Source of the DNA: Eledone cirrhosa
Taxonomy: Eukaryota
Assembly (NCBI GenBank): GCA_964016885.1
Contig: OZ024740.1
Span: 264,616,001-264,680,000 of the forward strand
DNA: 64,000 bases
Reading direction: 5' to 3'
Position numbers and translations under genes: made by a program. The notes beneath the pieces were generated by a model. That model was not told the origin of the DNA, did not search any database, and was given only the letters and a program-made list of their open reading frames with translations. Of the stretch, positions 27,766 to 42,661 are shown one piece after another (within the stretch, counting starts at the first letter, position 1; every line of letters begins with the position of its first letter).

Positions 27766-30730
27766 TATACTTTAATTTTGCCAAAATATTTCTCTTTCAT
27801 CTCTAATGAGGGCATTTCACGCCATTCACCTTTGTCTTCTTTACTTTGGAATTCTATTTTGATTTTTAGTGGTCTTCTGGATTTAACAAACAATATCTCT
27901 CGATATACCTATATATATATATTTGATTTTTATTCGGTATAACTTCGTGTATTTCTCATTTTAATACATACACGTCCTCATCATATACTAATGAATCTAC
28001 ATTTTATGACTTGAAAAACGTTTTCTAGACTCATTATGGAAATGCTCTTCTTTAACACCCAACGCTCATATACTCGTGATATGTGTATCCTGTCTTTATC
28101 CCTATTACAACGATTTGTTCAAATTGGTTGTGAAGGTGCATGGCTAGGTGGATATAACGTTGAACTCACATTCGTAAAACTTATGAGTTCAAATCCCGGA
28201 CCGGGTGGTATGCTGTGTTCTTGAGCAAAAAACTATATTTCAAGTTGCTCCAGTTTACTCAGCAGTTTAAAAATGTGTTGCGACCTCTCTGTTGCAAAGC
28301 TCTATCTGCCATTGTCTTTCCCTTGGATAACATCGATGGAATGGAGAGGGGAGACTGACATGCATGGGCGACGGTTGGTCTTCCACAAACACACCTTGCC
28401 CAGGCTTGTGTCTCGTAGGGGATCTATCTAGATACAAAACCATGGAAATTAGCGACCGGAGGCGCCTTAATGTTCGGAATACAATAACTAGGTTTTCTCA
28501 TAGCAATACTTCATCGCATATAACACCCTTTTATTACAGTAAAGCCGTTGTTTATAGCTGGGTTGCTGATAGATTATATACATGAAATGTTAATTTGGTT
28601 CGTAAAATCGTTTGTAGATATCCATCTAGTCTTTTTCAATAACATATTATACTTTTCATCTTTATTCATCTCTTTTCATCTTCATTCATCTCTTTTCATC
28701 TTCATTCATCTCTTCCTATGAAGCTTATAAGTAGTTATTTTCTTATATCGTTTACTTCTTTAATGCGATATTGTGCATTTTAATAACTTTGACACTACTT
28801 AGAAGAGTTTCCACATATCTCGCTTTATACTTATTTTATTATCACTGTTAAGTGAATATGCATGCATACATGGTCCGGTAACACCTGGTGGAGCTGTAGG
28901 GGCACCGTTTCAACGTATGGCTTTTCTAGGTTATTTTTAAACCCGATGGAGTCCAATCCTCTCCAGGTCCGAACACAGCATATTTTGTGAATGAGAGAAT
29001 GAGAGAATGAGAGAATAGAATTGAGAAAGAGATATAGAGGAAGAATCGATACCATTACTAGACTGGTACACTTTTATCGACCTCGAATGGAGGAAAGACA
29101 AAGTTGACCTCGACGGGTTTGGAACTCAGCGTATCGCAGCGAATACCGCAAAGCATTCTATGCGACGTTCTAACGACACTGTCAATTCAGCGCTTACTAA
29201 TACCATCTTTTAAACCATGTCCACCTTCGGGGCAATGTCTCTTGAAAATATTTGTAAGTCATACTGGAAACTATATCATTTGTTGATATCGTTTGTATCT
29301 ATGAGGTGTTTGATTCTATATATTTGCGAGAATACCTATGGAACATATATATATATATGCTACTGTTCATATATATATATATGCTACTGTTTATATATAT
29401 ATGCTACTGTTCATATATATATATATTCAACTGTTCATAAGAATGTTTCGTTTCAAATTTCATCTCTCCCTTTTCTTCTCATATTGATAATATATATTTT
29501 GATATTTAGAATGTGTTTATGTACACAAAGTGATAAATATTGGGTTTTGGGTTTATCTTGGGTGGGGGGGATTCTTGATTAAAACGTTCATATTCAGCTC
29601 GAAGAAGGAAATATGGAGAAATGGGAATACATAATTAATTTAAGATGACAATAACAGTACGGAAAACGTCTGTATCAGCCATTCAACCTCAGGCGAGATA
29701 CCTTCTTTCCTAGTGGGTTGTGGAAAACGAAATTCTGGGGACTGGGGACACAGGAGATCTCGATATCAAGAGATCAAAAGTACCATCAGTCTGTTTCTAA
29801 GATTCGCGAGCTATTGTAATTTTTATTGTTTAGTCCAATGGACCTGATGGAGCAAACTGATAATCAAAGTTATTCATACCTTATTCATCTCTTCCCACAA
29901 TCTTGAAAAATTTAAGAAATGTTTCTTTTTTTAGGACAATAGGTGGGGTTTGAATTTTCTAACAAAGGTACAAAAACATGTCATGAGTTATATATAATTA
30001 ATTAACTCAATCAAAGTAGTTAATTATTATTTATTTTATTGAATCTGGAAATCTAAAACGCAATGTAGACGTTGGAATGATTTGAACTGAGAACATAAAT
30101 ACCTCACTCTATATTATCCAATGTTTTACTGGTTTTGCTTTTCCTTCCAATAAGCATCTGCTAGGAATAGCAACCAGATGTTTTACAAGTTCAAATAAAC
30201 AGAAGATCTCATTAGGCAATAATACAACCATAAAAATTATACTCATAATTACTCTTCTATAATCATACACTAATAGGTTTCCTCTGTGAATATGTATAGT
30301 TTTAAAGATACCTTCATTATGAAGTAGTAAATATTTTAATATGTAAATTAATCATTGGTTTTAAGTGATTCTATTCCTCAGCTTTTTTTCACAAGTATGT
30401 CAATTCCTGAAATTGCATTAAATAATGATTAGTGTAGAATTAATTAATATATTTCTTTCTCGTTATATCGTCATTGACATTATTGTTACGATGGAAGGTA
30501 TGTTCGATGTGTCTTAACGTTTCTATTACATGCTTGATCATGTATCTTCCTTTTTCTATTGTGTTGTTTTATTTATTCATATATTTCCTTATTTATTACT
30601 TTTTCCCTTATTATTTTAATTCCAATTGAAATACACAAGTTTCTGGTCGTCTCAGCAGCATTCTTTGTTTTTGTCGTTTTTCTCATTGTATTAATCACCA
30701 GCATATTTAGCATTAGTATCATACCATTAT

Positions 30731-31108
30731 TGGTGAATTGGTAGAGGGTCGGACGCCATGCTTTGACGCATAGAGTTACGGCTCTTGCCATTCTGAGTTC
30801 AAATCCCGTCGAGGTTAACTTTGCCTTTCATCCTTACGGGGTCGATAAAATAAAGTACCAGTAATGCACTGGATAATTGCTGGCCTTGTGCCAATAGTAG
30901 AAACAATTATTATTATCATCGTTATTGGCAGTATCGGTAGAGGGTTGGACGCCATGCTTTCTAGCATAGTTACGTCTCTTTACGGTCTGAGTTCAAATCC
31001 CGCCGAGGTTAACTTTGCCTTTCATCCTTACGGGGGTCGATAAAATAAAGTACCAGTAATGTACTGGGTAATTGCTGGCCTTATGCCAAAAGTAGAAACA
31101 ATTATTAT
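30731..31108 (+). mobile_element. Two tandem SINE family A copies
   Basis: Copies at 30731-30912 and 30924-31108, with (ATT)n tails. Confidence 0.9.
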
Positions 31109-32029
31109 TATCGTTTACGTTGTTTTCACAGTCGTTACCACTTAACTAATCTTGTGTTTTTAATTATTTTTTCAGTTGAATATGCAAGGTAGGGAAGAAG
31201 ACTTTCAGTGGAATACCGCCACTCCAGAGACAAATATTTGAAATGTTTAAGCAATAATTAGGTAAAGACCGTGGGAGAGCCCGTTTTTCGATACAAAAGT
31301 ACCAATTCTTTAAATGATTATGTGCACTACACCATCAAACATAGTCAGTACGAGTGCGAGTAATTGGGCCATGAATAAATCTAGATCACACAAGATCTTA
31401 ATCGAATTACCTGTAGATATTTCAAACCTGACCATAACTGAAACATTTCACAAAATTACAATCATATACACATTTAATCATCATTCCAAACAGAATGGAG
31501 ATGTGAGTGAAAGGAAGTAATTTCAACTTTATCGATCATGCAATCGTACATACACCACGTCTGATTGTAAGAACCCCCCCCCCCCCTTTACATTTGTGAA
31601 CAAGCCTGGCGTTGTCTTTACGTACAGCTAATGGAAAGATGATACATTCTCTACTCTCTTTTTAATCATATGGGGTGCCTTTGGCTCCTTTACCTTAGTA
31701 AAATAAATTTGTTATATACTGTATGTATTTACTTGACCACCAATCATCCAGTTAATACCTGGAAAAGTGTATCAATGTGTCAATACATATAACTCAATAT
31801 TACTCGGCCTAGTCAATATATTGAGGAATTCTTCATAGAACACACATTTAACGGCGTATCGCAGCACACAAATGGAAGGTTTAATCTCTCCCCTCTTCCC
31901 TATAGTAAGTGTTCTGAGATAAAATTCGACCTTTATACATGGAAAGGTATAGTACATTTATACCACCAATGGGGTAATTTATTACTACAAATTCATAGCA
32001 ATAGGATCTTGTAGCTTCACCACCAGCGG

Positions 32030-32574
32030 ATATATGTTACTAGATATTAATTCTTTATAATTATCTCCAAATTATTTGTCGAGCAATATTGGCCATGACT
32101 GCTGCTATGGTAGCAGGCAGGCAGCTGTCTTATTAGCAAACCACTTTCCACTGATTGTCCTCGATGTCACGTGATCGATTCTTTTTGAATTTGCCACCGA
32201 CGCAGAGGCAGTGATTTTCTCAATGGCTAGGAATTCAGTCCACGCTTTGCTATTTTCTATCCACTGAATCATTTTTTAATAAGTTTCCAGAGTCCACGCT
32301 TTCCCTGGATACTTAGATGAGAATAGACTTCCCTGACGACGGAATGATTCTCTGTATCTTCTTCGGAAAATATATTTATTCCATTCCAGAAACTAATTAG
32401 TTGGAAGTGATATTTTAGTAAGTAAGTTAATTTTATAATTTTCTTATTTTACGTCTCTCATATTATTGTTCTGCAACCCCATGCATTGAACCACAAAGTT
32501 ACTAAGACAAAACCTATATATTTGCTAGCATCGATATGCATCTATATGTATATATATGTTACTAGATATTAATT

Positions 32575-32581
<7 letters not shown>
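32030..32581 (+). mobile_element. HHR-containing unit of 522 bp with 30-bp terminal redundancy
   Basis: atatatgttactagatattaattctttata at 32030-32059 and 32552-32581; runs into (TA)n. Confidence 0.7.
32327..32408 (+). ncRNA. Type I hammerhead ribozyme
   Basis: acttcc CTGACGA c-GGAATG..CATTCC-a GAAA ctaattag TT ggaagt: 6-bp stem I, palindromic stem III. Confidence 0.8.
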
Positions 32582-32656
<75 letters not shown>

Positions 32657-32663
32657 ATGTATA

Positions 32664-33002
32664 TATTAATAAGAGGAATTCCAACTTTATCTGATTTACT
32701 CGTTTTATTTACAATCCTTTAAAATTTATAATGGTATTATAATGAAATAGTATGATAGAATATTATATTCTAAGTGTTAATTGAACAAGTACTTTTATGC
32801 TTTCCCAATCTTCAGGTTCATAATATGTGGTGACAGTCAAATTTGCAATTTTCAACTGTCAATTGTCAATTTTCAACTTGTTCAATTAACACTTAGAATT
32901 TAATATTCTATCATACTATTTCATTATAATACCATTATAAATTTTAAAGGATTGTAAATAAAACGAGTAAATCAGACAAAGTTGGAATTCCTCTTATTAA
33001 TA
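32664..33002. repeat. Inverted repeat, about 127-bp arms, 85-bp spacer
   Basis: 32664-32790 is the near-perfect reverse complement of 32876-33002. Confidence 0.92.
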
Positions 33003-33621
33003 GAATCTTCTATACACATTCATACACACTCGTGTATATTTACCTATCTCTATATATATATATATATATGCACACACACATACACATATATATATATATG
33101 TGTGTGCGGGTGTGTGTGCGGGTGTGTGTGTGTGTGTATGTATATATGTATATACATAAAAAGAGAGAGAGATAGAGATAAAGAATTGATATTAAACCTA
33201 TCTATTGCCGGTTCTCTGTGAAAAGCGCCTAATCACGGAAAGTATCGATGTGTATAATGCTTTAACAAAAACCATGTTTTGGGCTTGAATTCACATTTTT
33301 TCTCAAACGCTTTAAAAAACTTATTGAATAATTTCCTTTTCCCTTGTTTAATTGTGATGAGGTAAAAAGTATATCTATAGAAACTGCTTAACAGTTGAAA
33401 TTTCGAAAAGCAGGTGTTCAGTTCTATTTAATTTCCTTATCACCATATACTCCAAGATCATTTACATATAAGATGATGCATATTATACATACCACCATAT
33501 AGGTGTACATGCTCATATAAATATATATGTATATATACATCTCTTTATCTATCTATCTATTTACATATATATTATATATAGTTATACATAGCTATGCACC
33601 CCTTATATACGTATATATATA

Positions 33622-33669
<48 letters not shown>

Positions 33670-33682
33670 TATGTATGCCTGT

Positions 33683-34896
<1,214 letters not shown>

Positions 34897-35261
34897 TACC
34901 TTTTTTTATTATTATTGTAGTTGTTGTTACCGTCCCTATTATTTTCCCCTGTTTCTTTTTACTGTAAACCAGCCTTCAGCCAGTTATATTGGAGGAGGAC
35001 CAGATGTTAAAACAATTCTGTTGCATATATTTTTCAACTTTGCTTGTAAATATACTTATAGAAAAGAAGAGGAGTAGCAGGCGCAGAAATAAGAACGATA
35101 AACAAAATATTCAATTCACACACATGAGCATGCGCATACAAAAAATGGTGGAATGAGAAAATAACTGAGAAACGTTAAATAAAAAATTGTATGTTTATAT
35201 ATACATTACTATATATACATACATATATATATTTATACATAGTATATATGTATGTATATAT

Positions 35262-35324
<63 letters not shown>

Positions 35325-35569
35325 GATACATACACCCCCCCCACACACACACATTTGTGTATATATATATATATATATATATTTATATGTATACAAACAT
35401 ATAAACACATACATGCATACATATATACATACACATATATAAACATATATGTATGTATGTTTGTGGAGGGTCTTATCTTTGTGAATTATATAACAAAAGG
35501 ATTTAAGTTTCTGTGCGTGTATGTTGTTTCTCTGTATGGGGTGTTATTTTTTTATCTATATACGTAGGT

Positions 35570-36240
35570 AGGTATATGTGTATGTATATATATATATATG
35601 TGTATTTGTATATATGTATGCATATATGTATATATGTAAGTACATATGCATGTGTATGTGCGTATGTATGTGTGTATGTATATATATATACATGTATGTA
35701 TATATATGTGTGTATATATATATATGTATGCATATATATATGTGCGTTTGTATATGTGTATACATGTATGTATATATGCATGTATATGTGCGTGTGTATG
35801 TATCTGTATATGTATACATCTATGTATATATGTTTGTATGTATATATGTATGCATAAATGTATATATGCATGTATATGTGCGTGTGTATGTGCGTATGCA
35901 TGTGTGTATGTATGTATATATGTATACATGTATATATATGTGTGTATGTATATATGTATATATGCAAGTATATGTACGTGTGTATGTGCGTATGCATGTG
36001 TGTATGTAAGTATATATGTATACTTGTATGTATATATGTGTGTATGTATATATGTATACATATATGTATATATGCATGTATATTTGCGTGTGTATGTGCG
36101 TATGCATGTGTGTATGTATGTATATATGTATGTAAGTATGTATGTAAGTATATATGAGTATGTATGTATGTTTATATGTATGTACTTATGTTTATATCTA
36201 TGTACGTATGTTTATATGTATGTACGCATGTATATGTGGA
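35570..36240. repeat. Cryptic TA/TG low-complexity array
   Basis: Direct reading. Confidence 0.9.
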
Positions 36241-36667
36241 GCTTATGTTCGAGCAAAACCATTGTCTTTTAGTATTTTGAGTATTTTCTCATCTATATAC
36301 GTATATATTGTAGATAGAATTATCAAGGGATTTTCATCTAAGTTTTTTGTGGGATAGGTTTTATTATACGAATTTTATCTCTAGATGTCTCTCTTTTTCT
36401 CTCATTCACTTTCTCTCTCCCTCTCTCTCTCCTCCTGTCTCTCTCTTTATCTCCTTCTAACTTAACTATATATATTTATCCCGCTAAACTATGACCCTAT
36501 TCTCTCTACCGCTTCCTTTCGCTCATCTGTTTATGTATAGTTTTTTCTGTATATCGATTGTAGTCTGAATATAGAGTGAGAAAGACAGAGGCACAGAGAT
36601 AGAGAGAGAGTGTGTGAGTGAGAGTGAGACAGCAATATATAGATGTGTAGGAATGTGTATATTGAAC

Positions 36668-37205
36668 ACAGCGAATTTTTTAAAATTTATTTTAAAACTT
36701 TTTCTCTATTTGCTAGACCTGGATTTTATATGTTTCTGGCTTGTTAATTCATTAACCCGCCATAGAACCACATTTGCATACGATTGGATAATACTTGTAT
36801 CCCTATATGTATTTTTTACACGTAGGAATTCATACTTTATTATTATTAATCTCCCCTAAGGTTGAGATAAAACTTGGCCATTTGGACTGCTGCTATTTCT
36901 AGTGGCAGGACATTGACCTGGCCACGCTGCCTTTTGTCTTTGCACGCGGCACCAGACAGAATTATTTCTTTCATCATTCACTCTCATCTGGCAATGGTTT
37001 TGTATGGCATCAGTTTGTGATTTGAACTCGGGAATTTTATATTCGCCGAGTGAGTAGAGCCTTCTGAAGATGGTTCCCTTCTCAATGGGTGTCCGCTTGG
37101 ATTATCCGTTTATTCTGGAACTTGAAACCGCGGTAAAGGCACATATAGTGAGTACAGCGAATATTTTTTTTTTTTTTAAACTTTTTCTCTATTTGCTAGA
37201 CCTGG

Positions 37206-37213
<8 letters not shown>
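36668..37213 (+). mobile_element. HHR-containing unit of about 483 bp with about 60-bp terminal redundancy
   Basis: acagcgaat..ctttttctctatttgctagacctggattttata at 36668-36730 and 37154-37213; ends in (TA)n. Confidence 0.75.
37059..37140 (+). ncRNA. Type I hammerhead ribozyme
   Basis: gcctt CTGAAGA tgGTTCC..GGAACtt GAAA ccgcgg TA aaggc: 5-bp stem I, palindromic stem III, GUA triplet. Confidence 0.83.
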
Positions 37214-37256
<43 letters not shown>

Positions 37257-38986
37257 GCATGTATGTGTATTTGCGTGTGTGTTAGTGTGTGTGTGTGTAC
37301 GTGTGTGTGTGTGTATGTGTGCGTGTGTATGTATGTATAATCAATCGTATTTCCAAACCGTTAAGCAAATTATGAATATTGAATATATATAGCTTAAAGT
37401 AAGCTGTTTCAATTCAGGTTTTGTGGTAATAAAATATAGTCAAAACATTGTGGTATATCAACACCTATTGACACATGTAAGACTCGAACTCTAACCTGCT
37501 TGAAAAAAGATCTTAATGATGCAAATCCATAGTTTCTTTATATGAGATTATTCGAGATTTGAGATTCATCCTTTCGGTTCATTAAAAATTGTTACTTATT
37601 TTCGGGTCCCAAATAATTAAGAGGAGGTGATAAGCGGGGATTTGGAAAATCGTTAACATCTATGTTGTCTACCTTGATTTTTTTAGTTCAAATATTGAGA
37701 AAACAAACCCATCCTATTTATTTTATAATGTATGAGATTTCTTAAGATGTTCTCTTTTATTTAATTTTTTTTTTTTTGTCATGTATAATGTCTTTTAATG
37801 ACTAAAGAAAATTAATTATCACAGAAATGCTACCACTTCAAATAAAATTTCGCCCGAGATATATTAGCAAAATTTAATAAGCGGGGGATAAATGTGAGGA
37901 GGTTCGAAAACATCTGAAAACATTATAAGTGGTTGGAAGGATGATTATTCGAGACACGTGAGTACTTGCCTCAAAATGTAGAATGCTCTGTTTAATAAAT
38001 CCCATAGATCGATATTCCACCCGAGAGTTGAAACTGTCAATCATAATATCCCAAATAAAAAAATAAAAAATATGCACACGCATACGCAGACCTGCTCACT
38101 CGTCTATTAGTTTTGACTGATCTACATGTTCCGAGAGCTAAGGTTTGGTAGGGCAGCATATTTGATGTCGATTCCTCCCATTTGGGCAATTCACGTTGAC
38201 ATAAAACCATCGCAAACACTCGCCGTTGAATCGTGATTTATTCTCATTGTTTGAATATTTAGCTTAGATGAGCTACACAGGTACCAGAGAGATTCGTTTA
38301 AAATCAATCCACTGTGTAGCCCCTTATATGTATTTAGTTTCCTCTACAACTAAATACATTTTTTTTCCTTTACCTATGTCATTATTCCTGCGTTTATGTG
38401 GCAATATGTTACAAAGAGCTTGACAGGAACATTCCGCCAGTACCCATTAACATTATGCGACCTAATCCCTCTAACTAAATGTTTATATTCACAACCACCC
38501 TTCCTACGAATCCCAGTGTATAACTATTTGACCACTACATCATGCCTGAACATTCCTCGTAGGATACCAGATATAAATCTTCCTAGAGTCGCTTCATTGT
38601 TTTACAACCAGGTGATATTTTCTTGGCCAAACTCCTATACTCCAAGTTCCTATACTGGGACTGTCAACTTGAGATATAACTGCGATACTTTAACTTATCG
38701 GTATCAGCCTTGGAGCTATACGATTACCGGGCAATCGTTTTAACCAGTCATATTAGTTTATTATATTCATGTATTAAATATGGGACATTACTCTTTTCTA
38801 GCCTATACAATGATGAACAAGGGACATCTTCAATGAAAACACTTCATCAAATTGTGTTTTCCAAAATTGCTCAAATCGCATTTCCATTTCACATTTCTTT
38901 TTCTTGTCATAGGAGTACAAAGCATTTTGTGGGAGTGTGATTTTGTAAATGTATTTATATATATATATATATGTGTGTGCGTGTGT

Positions 38987-39023
<37 letters not shown>

Positions 39024-39319
39024 TGTGTGTGCGTGCGTGTGTGTATGTGTTTGAGGATAGATAATGTTTTGTTTATGTACATCAAGAATGAATGCTTAAA
39101 CAAGATAACAACTACTTACCAGAGAATTTGATTCCATGATATCATTTCAATCATATAACACAAGTATTCAAGTGGGGGAGCATGGTATACTTGACCAGAA
39201 GTGATCACGGATTATATAATATAAGCAAATCCATAATTTCCATGGTGCTACACTTGGTTATATATATATATAGAGAATGTAGAAAAAGTAACACACGAGT
39301 TGATATATATAAAAACAAA

Positions 39320-41416
39320 TAGTAGAAAGCAAAAGATTCTTTCAGTACAAAATGTTGAAGAGGTTTTTTTTCCAGTGATATATCAAAACATTAATTTATT
39401 TACAATACCGGTTTCAGCATTAAATGCATTGTCAATTGCGGATATGCAGAATATTGTTAAGTTGCATATTTGTACGAATAGTGATTATTATATTAATGAA
39501 GAAAATGAAAATAAAAAGGGGGAGGAAAATCAATTTTCACATACATGTTCAATCAGAGAAGAGAGTTCATTTCTCTGTCCATCCTACTCTGCTTATAGCT
39601 TGGTTGTGACAGGTAGTAGGAGAGTGTGGCGGGGAAGAGGAAGGAGGAGTGTTGGCAGACTGCTGTGAGAAGCTCTTTGAGGATTGGATACAAGTTTCCA
39701 ACTGGTATTGGTTTGAAAAGCCGGGTGACCTTAGAGTTGACCGGGGGAGGGGAGGGTGATAGCTTCTAGAAATAGCTATCTTAGAAGAAATCATCAATAT
39801 TGACCTTGTTTCTTTTGCCACAAAGAATATTAATACTTATTGAGATACTAATTCCACCCCCAGCAAAAATGTCAGCGTTGCTGATCGTTTCTAAAAACAT
39901 CTATATTGGTATATTTTCTTAAAAGAAAACATTAGCATTCACCTTGTTTTTTGCCACAAACAAGATTCAGAGTTATGGAAATACTAATTCCATCTCTAGC
40001 AGAAATTTCAGATGTAGGGTAATGGAGAAAATGTTAGCACAAAAAGGGGTTCAGAGCCATTGGAATGCCCATTCTATCTTCAGCAGAAACTTCCAGATTC
40101 AGAGGAATGTAAAGCATTTAGTTTGACACCTGAATGCTTCCATTTATCCGATTATCTTCGTGGAAAGCCTCCAGGACTAGCTGATTTGGGTGTTTCTATG
40201 TGGTTGCTTGGTCTGCATTATATAGTTGTCAGAGTATGCTGGAATCTTGGAGAAGGATACATTGCTAAAGGGTTAATTTGTCTAGGGTGTTAATTTTAAA
40301 GTGCGCCAGCTTTAGTTTAGTCCGAAGTGGAAGCATTTAGGTGTTCGGATTTGGTGATAAATTGTGATTCCTTGCTACTGCGCTGGATATAGGAAGCGTT
40401 GTCTTTAAATTTGTAGAGGGAAAACATTCTGAAATTGGGTTGTTCATTAGATGCCAGGTCGCAGTGTGTTCACTCAGTGCTATCTTTCTGTATTACCCTA
40501 TATATTTGGGATCTATGGACGGTCATACAGTGTGGCAGGCTGTTTTTAGTCTGTCCTATGTAGTGCTCTCGACAACCTGAGCAGGTCAATACATAGATCA
40601 GGTTTTCTGATGCACATGTGAAATTGTGTTTAACTGTAAAGTGTTGTCCATGCTTGAAGAGGAACTGCGATCCCTCTATTAGATTGGTACATATACACAG
40701 TTGGGTCTTCCACATTTTTTTTATTGTATGGTTCATTGCGGGGGTCGGCAGGACTTTGGCCTGTGTAAGGATGATTTTTATTGATTTGGGTTGTATTTTG
40801 CTCTTTATGATATTGTCCGTTTGGAGGATTTGATTCATTCTTAGGTCTCTTATTAGTAACGGTACGTTCTGGAGGATGGTGTCGAATACCTCATTGTTAA
40901 GGGGGTTGTGTGCGTGTGAAGATGTATGGTAGAGTTTTATTGTTTTGATTTGTTCCTTGGTTTGGGGTGTCTAAGTTCCTGGATGTTGAGTTTTAGGGTA
41001 CGTTCGAATCCATTGTTGATTAGGGATGGTGGGTAATTCCTGCTAATAAGTGTGTTCTTTAATTCTTCTAGTCGTATGTAACATGTGTATTTATCACATA
41101 TTATTGTGCAGATCCTTTCGGCTAGGTTGTAAGAAATGCTCATGTTGGTGTGTCTAGGGTGGCATGAGTTGAATGGTAGATACTGTTTGGAGTCTGTGGG
41201 TTGATAGTATGTATCTGTTTCTATTTTATTGTTGGTTATCTCGATAAGGCTGTGGAGGAAAGGAAGTTGTTCATGGCTGTATTCTATTGTAAATTGAATG
41301 TTTGTGTTGAGACCATTTATTGTGTTGAGTCCGGTATTGTAAATAAATTAATATTTTGATATGTCACTGACAGAAATCTCTTCAACATTTTCCACTGAAA
41401 GAATCTTTTTCCTTTC

Positions 41417-41421
<5 letters not shown>
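39320..41421 (-). mobile_element. Neptune-type Penelope-like element, 5'-truncated (coding remnant about 40317-41330) with about 90-bp inverted ends
   Basis: YLPFNSCHPRHT, SYNLAERICTIICD, LISRNYP, FTCASENLIYVLTCSGCREHYIGQT (GIY-YIG). 39320-39411 is inverted at 41331-41421. Confidence 0.88.
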
Positions 41422-41464
<43 letters not shown>

Positions 41465-41534
41465 AAAAAAAGATGAAATCGAAAATGCAACTGGAGACTT
41501 ATTTTTTAAAAATATATATATATTTATTTGGTTC

Positions 41535-41570
41535 CTTTACCGGTTTCGCAGTTCTTCTGCTTTTCAAAAG
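41535..41570 (-). ncRNA. Minimal hammerhead, U3-A8 variant
   Basis: Reverse complement of 41612-41647. Confidence 0.6.
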
Positions 41571-41611
41571 TAGAGTTCAGAGGGAGGGTCTGTGGGTTTT
41601 TCTCAACTCTA

Positions 41612-41647
41612 CTTTTGAAAAGCAGAAGAACTGCGAAACCGGTAAAG
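41612..41647 (+). ncRNA. Minimal hammerhead, U3-A8 variant
   Basis: ctt TTGAAAA GCAG aagaa CTGC GAAA ccgg TA aag; stem I is only 3 bp. Confidence 0.62.
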
Positions 41648-41788
41648 GAACCAAATAAATATATATATATTTTTTTTTTAAATAAGACTCCAGTTGCATT
41701 TTCGATTTCATCTTTTTTTCTTTATACTTTCACTCGTGTAGGACACCTCGGTTATTTTTCATTTTGTTAAAAAAAACCTCACTTTCTA

Positions 41789-41820
<32 letters not shown>

Positions 41821-41929
41821 ATATATATGAATGCAGTTCAGTGGATGTTTAACGGTATATTGTCCATAGGTTAGGGCAACTGATAATTTTATTTGTATAC
41901 ATTCGTATGTAGGTGACTTAATTAGCAGC

Positions 41930-42505
41930 GGATGATGGTGCGCCGAGAGTATTATAGCTAGAATAAGGATTCGATGGAAGCAGTTTATAGAATTTCTCCC
42001 ACTGCTGACAACAGTAGATTTCTCCCGACGTACAAAACGAAGGCTGTATGACACCTGTGTGTGGTGTGCAATGCTGCATCGTAGTGAGATATGAGTTGTG
42101 ACCACATGATATGCGTAGACTGGAGTGAAATGAAGCAACCATGTTTCCTTGGATGTGCAATGTAAATGTGAGAGAGAAATGCATATTGGGACGAGCTGAG
42201 AGAGCAAATGGGCTTAAGGGGTATACGAGATGGTGTGCAGGAGACAAGACTGCATTGGTATCGACATGTTATGCGCATGGACAATGAACGATCGATGAAG
42301 AAATGCCAGGAAATCACAGTGGAAGGAAGCTACATTAGAGGACGACTAAGAAAGACCCGGTCAGAGGCTGTGAGAGCGAACTTCAATTAACTAAGATTGG
42401 CAGAGTAGTTGACGAAGAAACGCAACAAGTGGAGAATGTCGTGCTTAGTTGGACCCGTCCAACCGATTCAAGCATTGACTAACGCACGTAAACACGATGA
42501 TGATG
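41930..42505 (+). mobile_element. RTE-clade LINE 3' fragment
   Basis: ETRLHWYRHVMRMD..VEG..RGRLRKT, (GAT)n tail. Confidence 0.8.
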
Positions 42506-42618
42506 GAGCAGATCGAATCGAGCTCATATCCCCTATGGGTTACCCTGAGACAATCCTCTGCATGTGTGACAAGCCGATACACAATAAAAATCTAAATACG
42601 CGTAAACGAAGCTTCACC

Positions 42619-42652
<34 letters not shown>

Positions 42653-42661
42653 GGGTGGGTG

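Larger units (their letters stand above)
41457..41726. repeat. Fold-back inverted repeat (about 120-bp arms) with two outward-facing HHRs
   Basis: 41457-41577 versus 41605-41726. Confidence 0.92.

Noticed and set aside
28650-28715. Three 20-bp tandem units (ttttcatcttcattcatctc)
   Set aside because: Ordinary short minisatellite.
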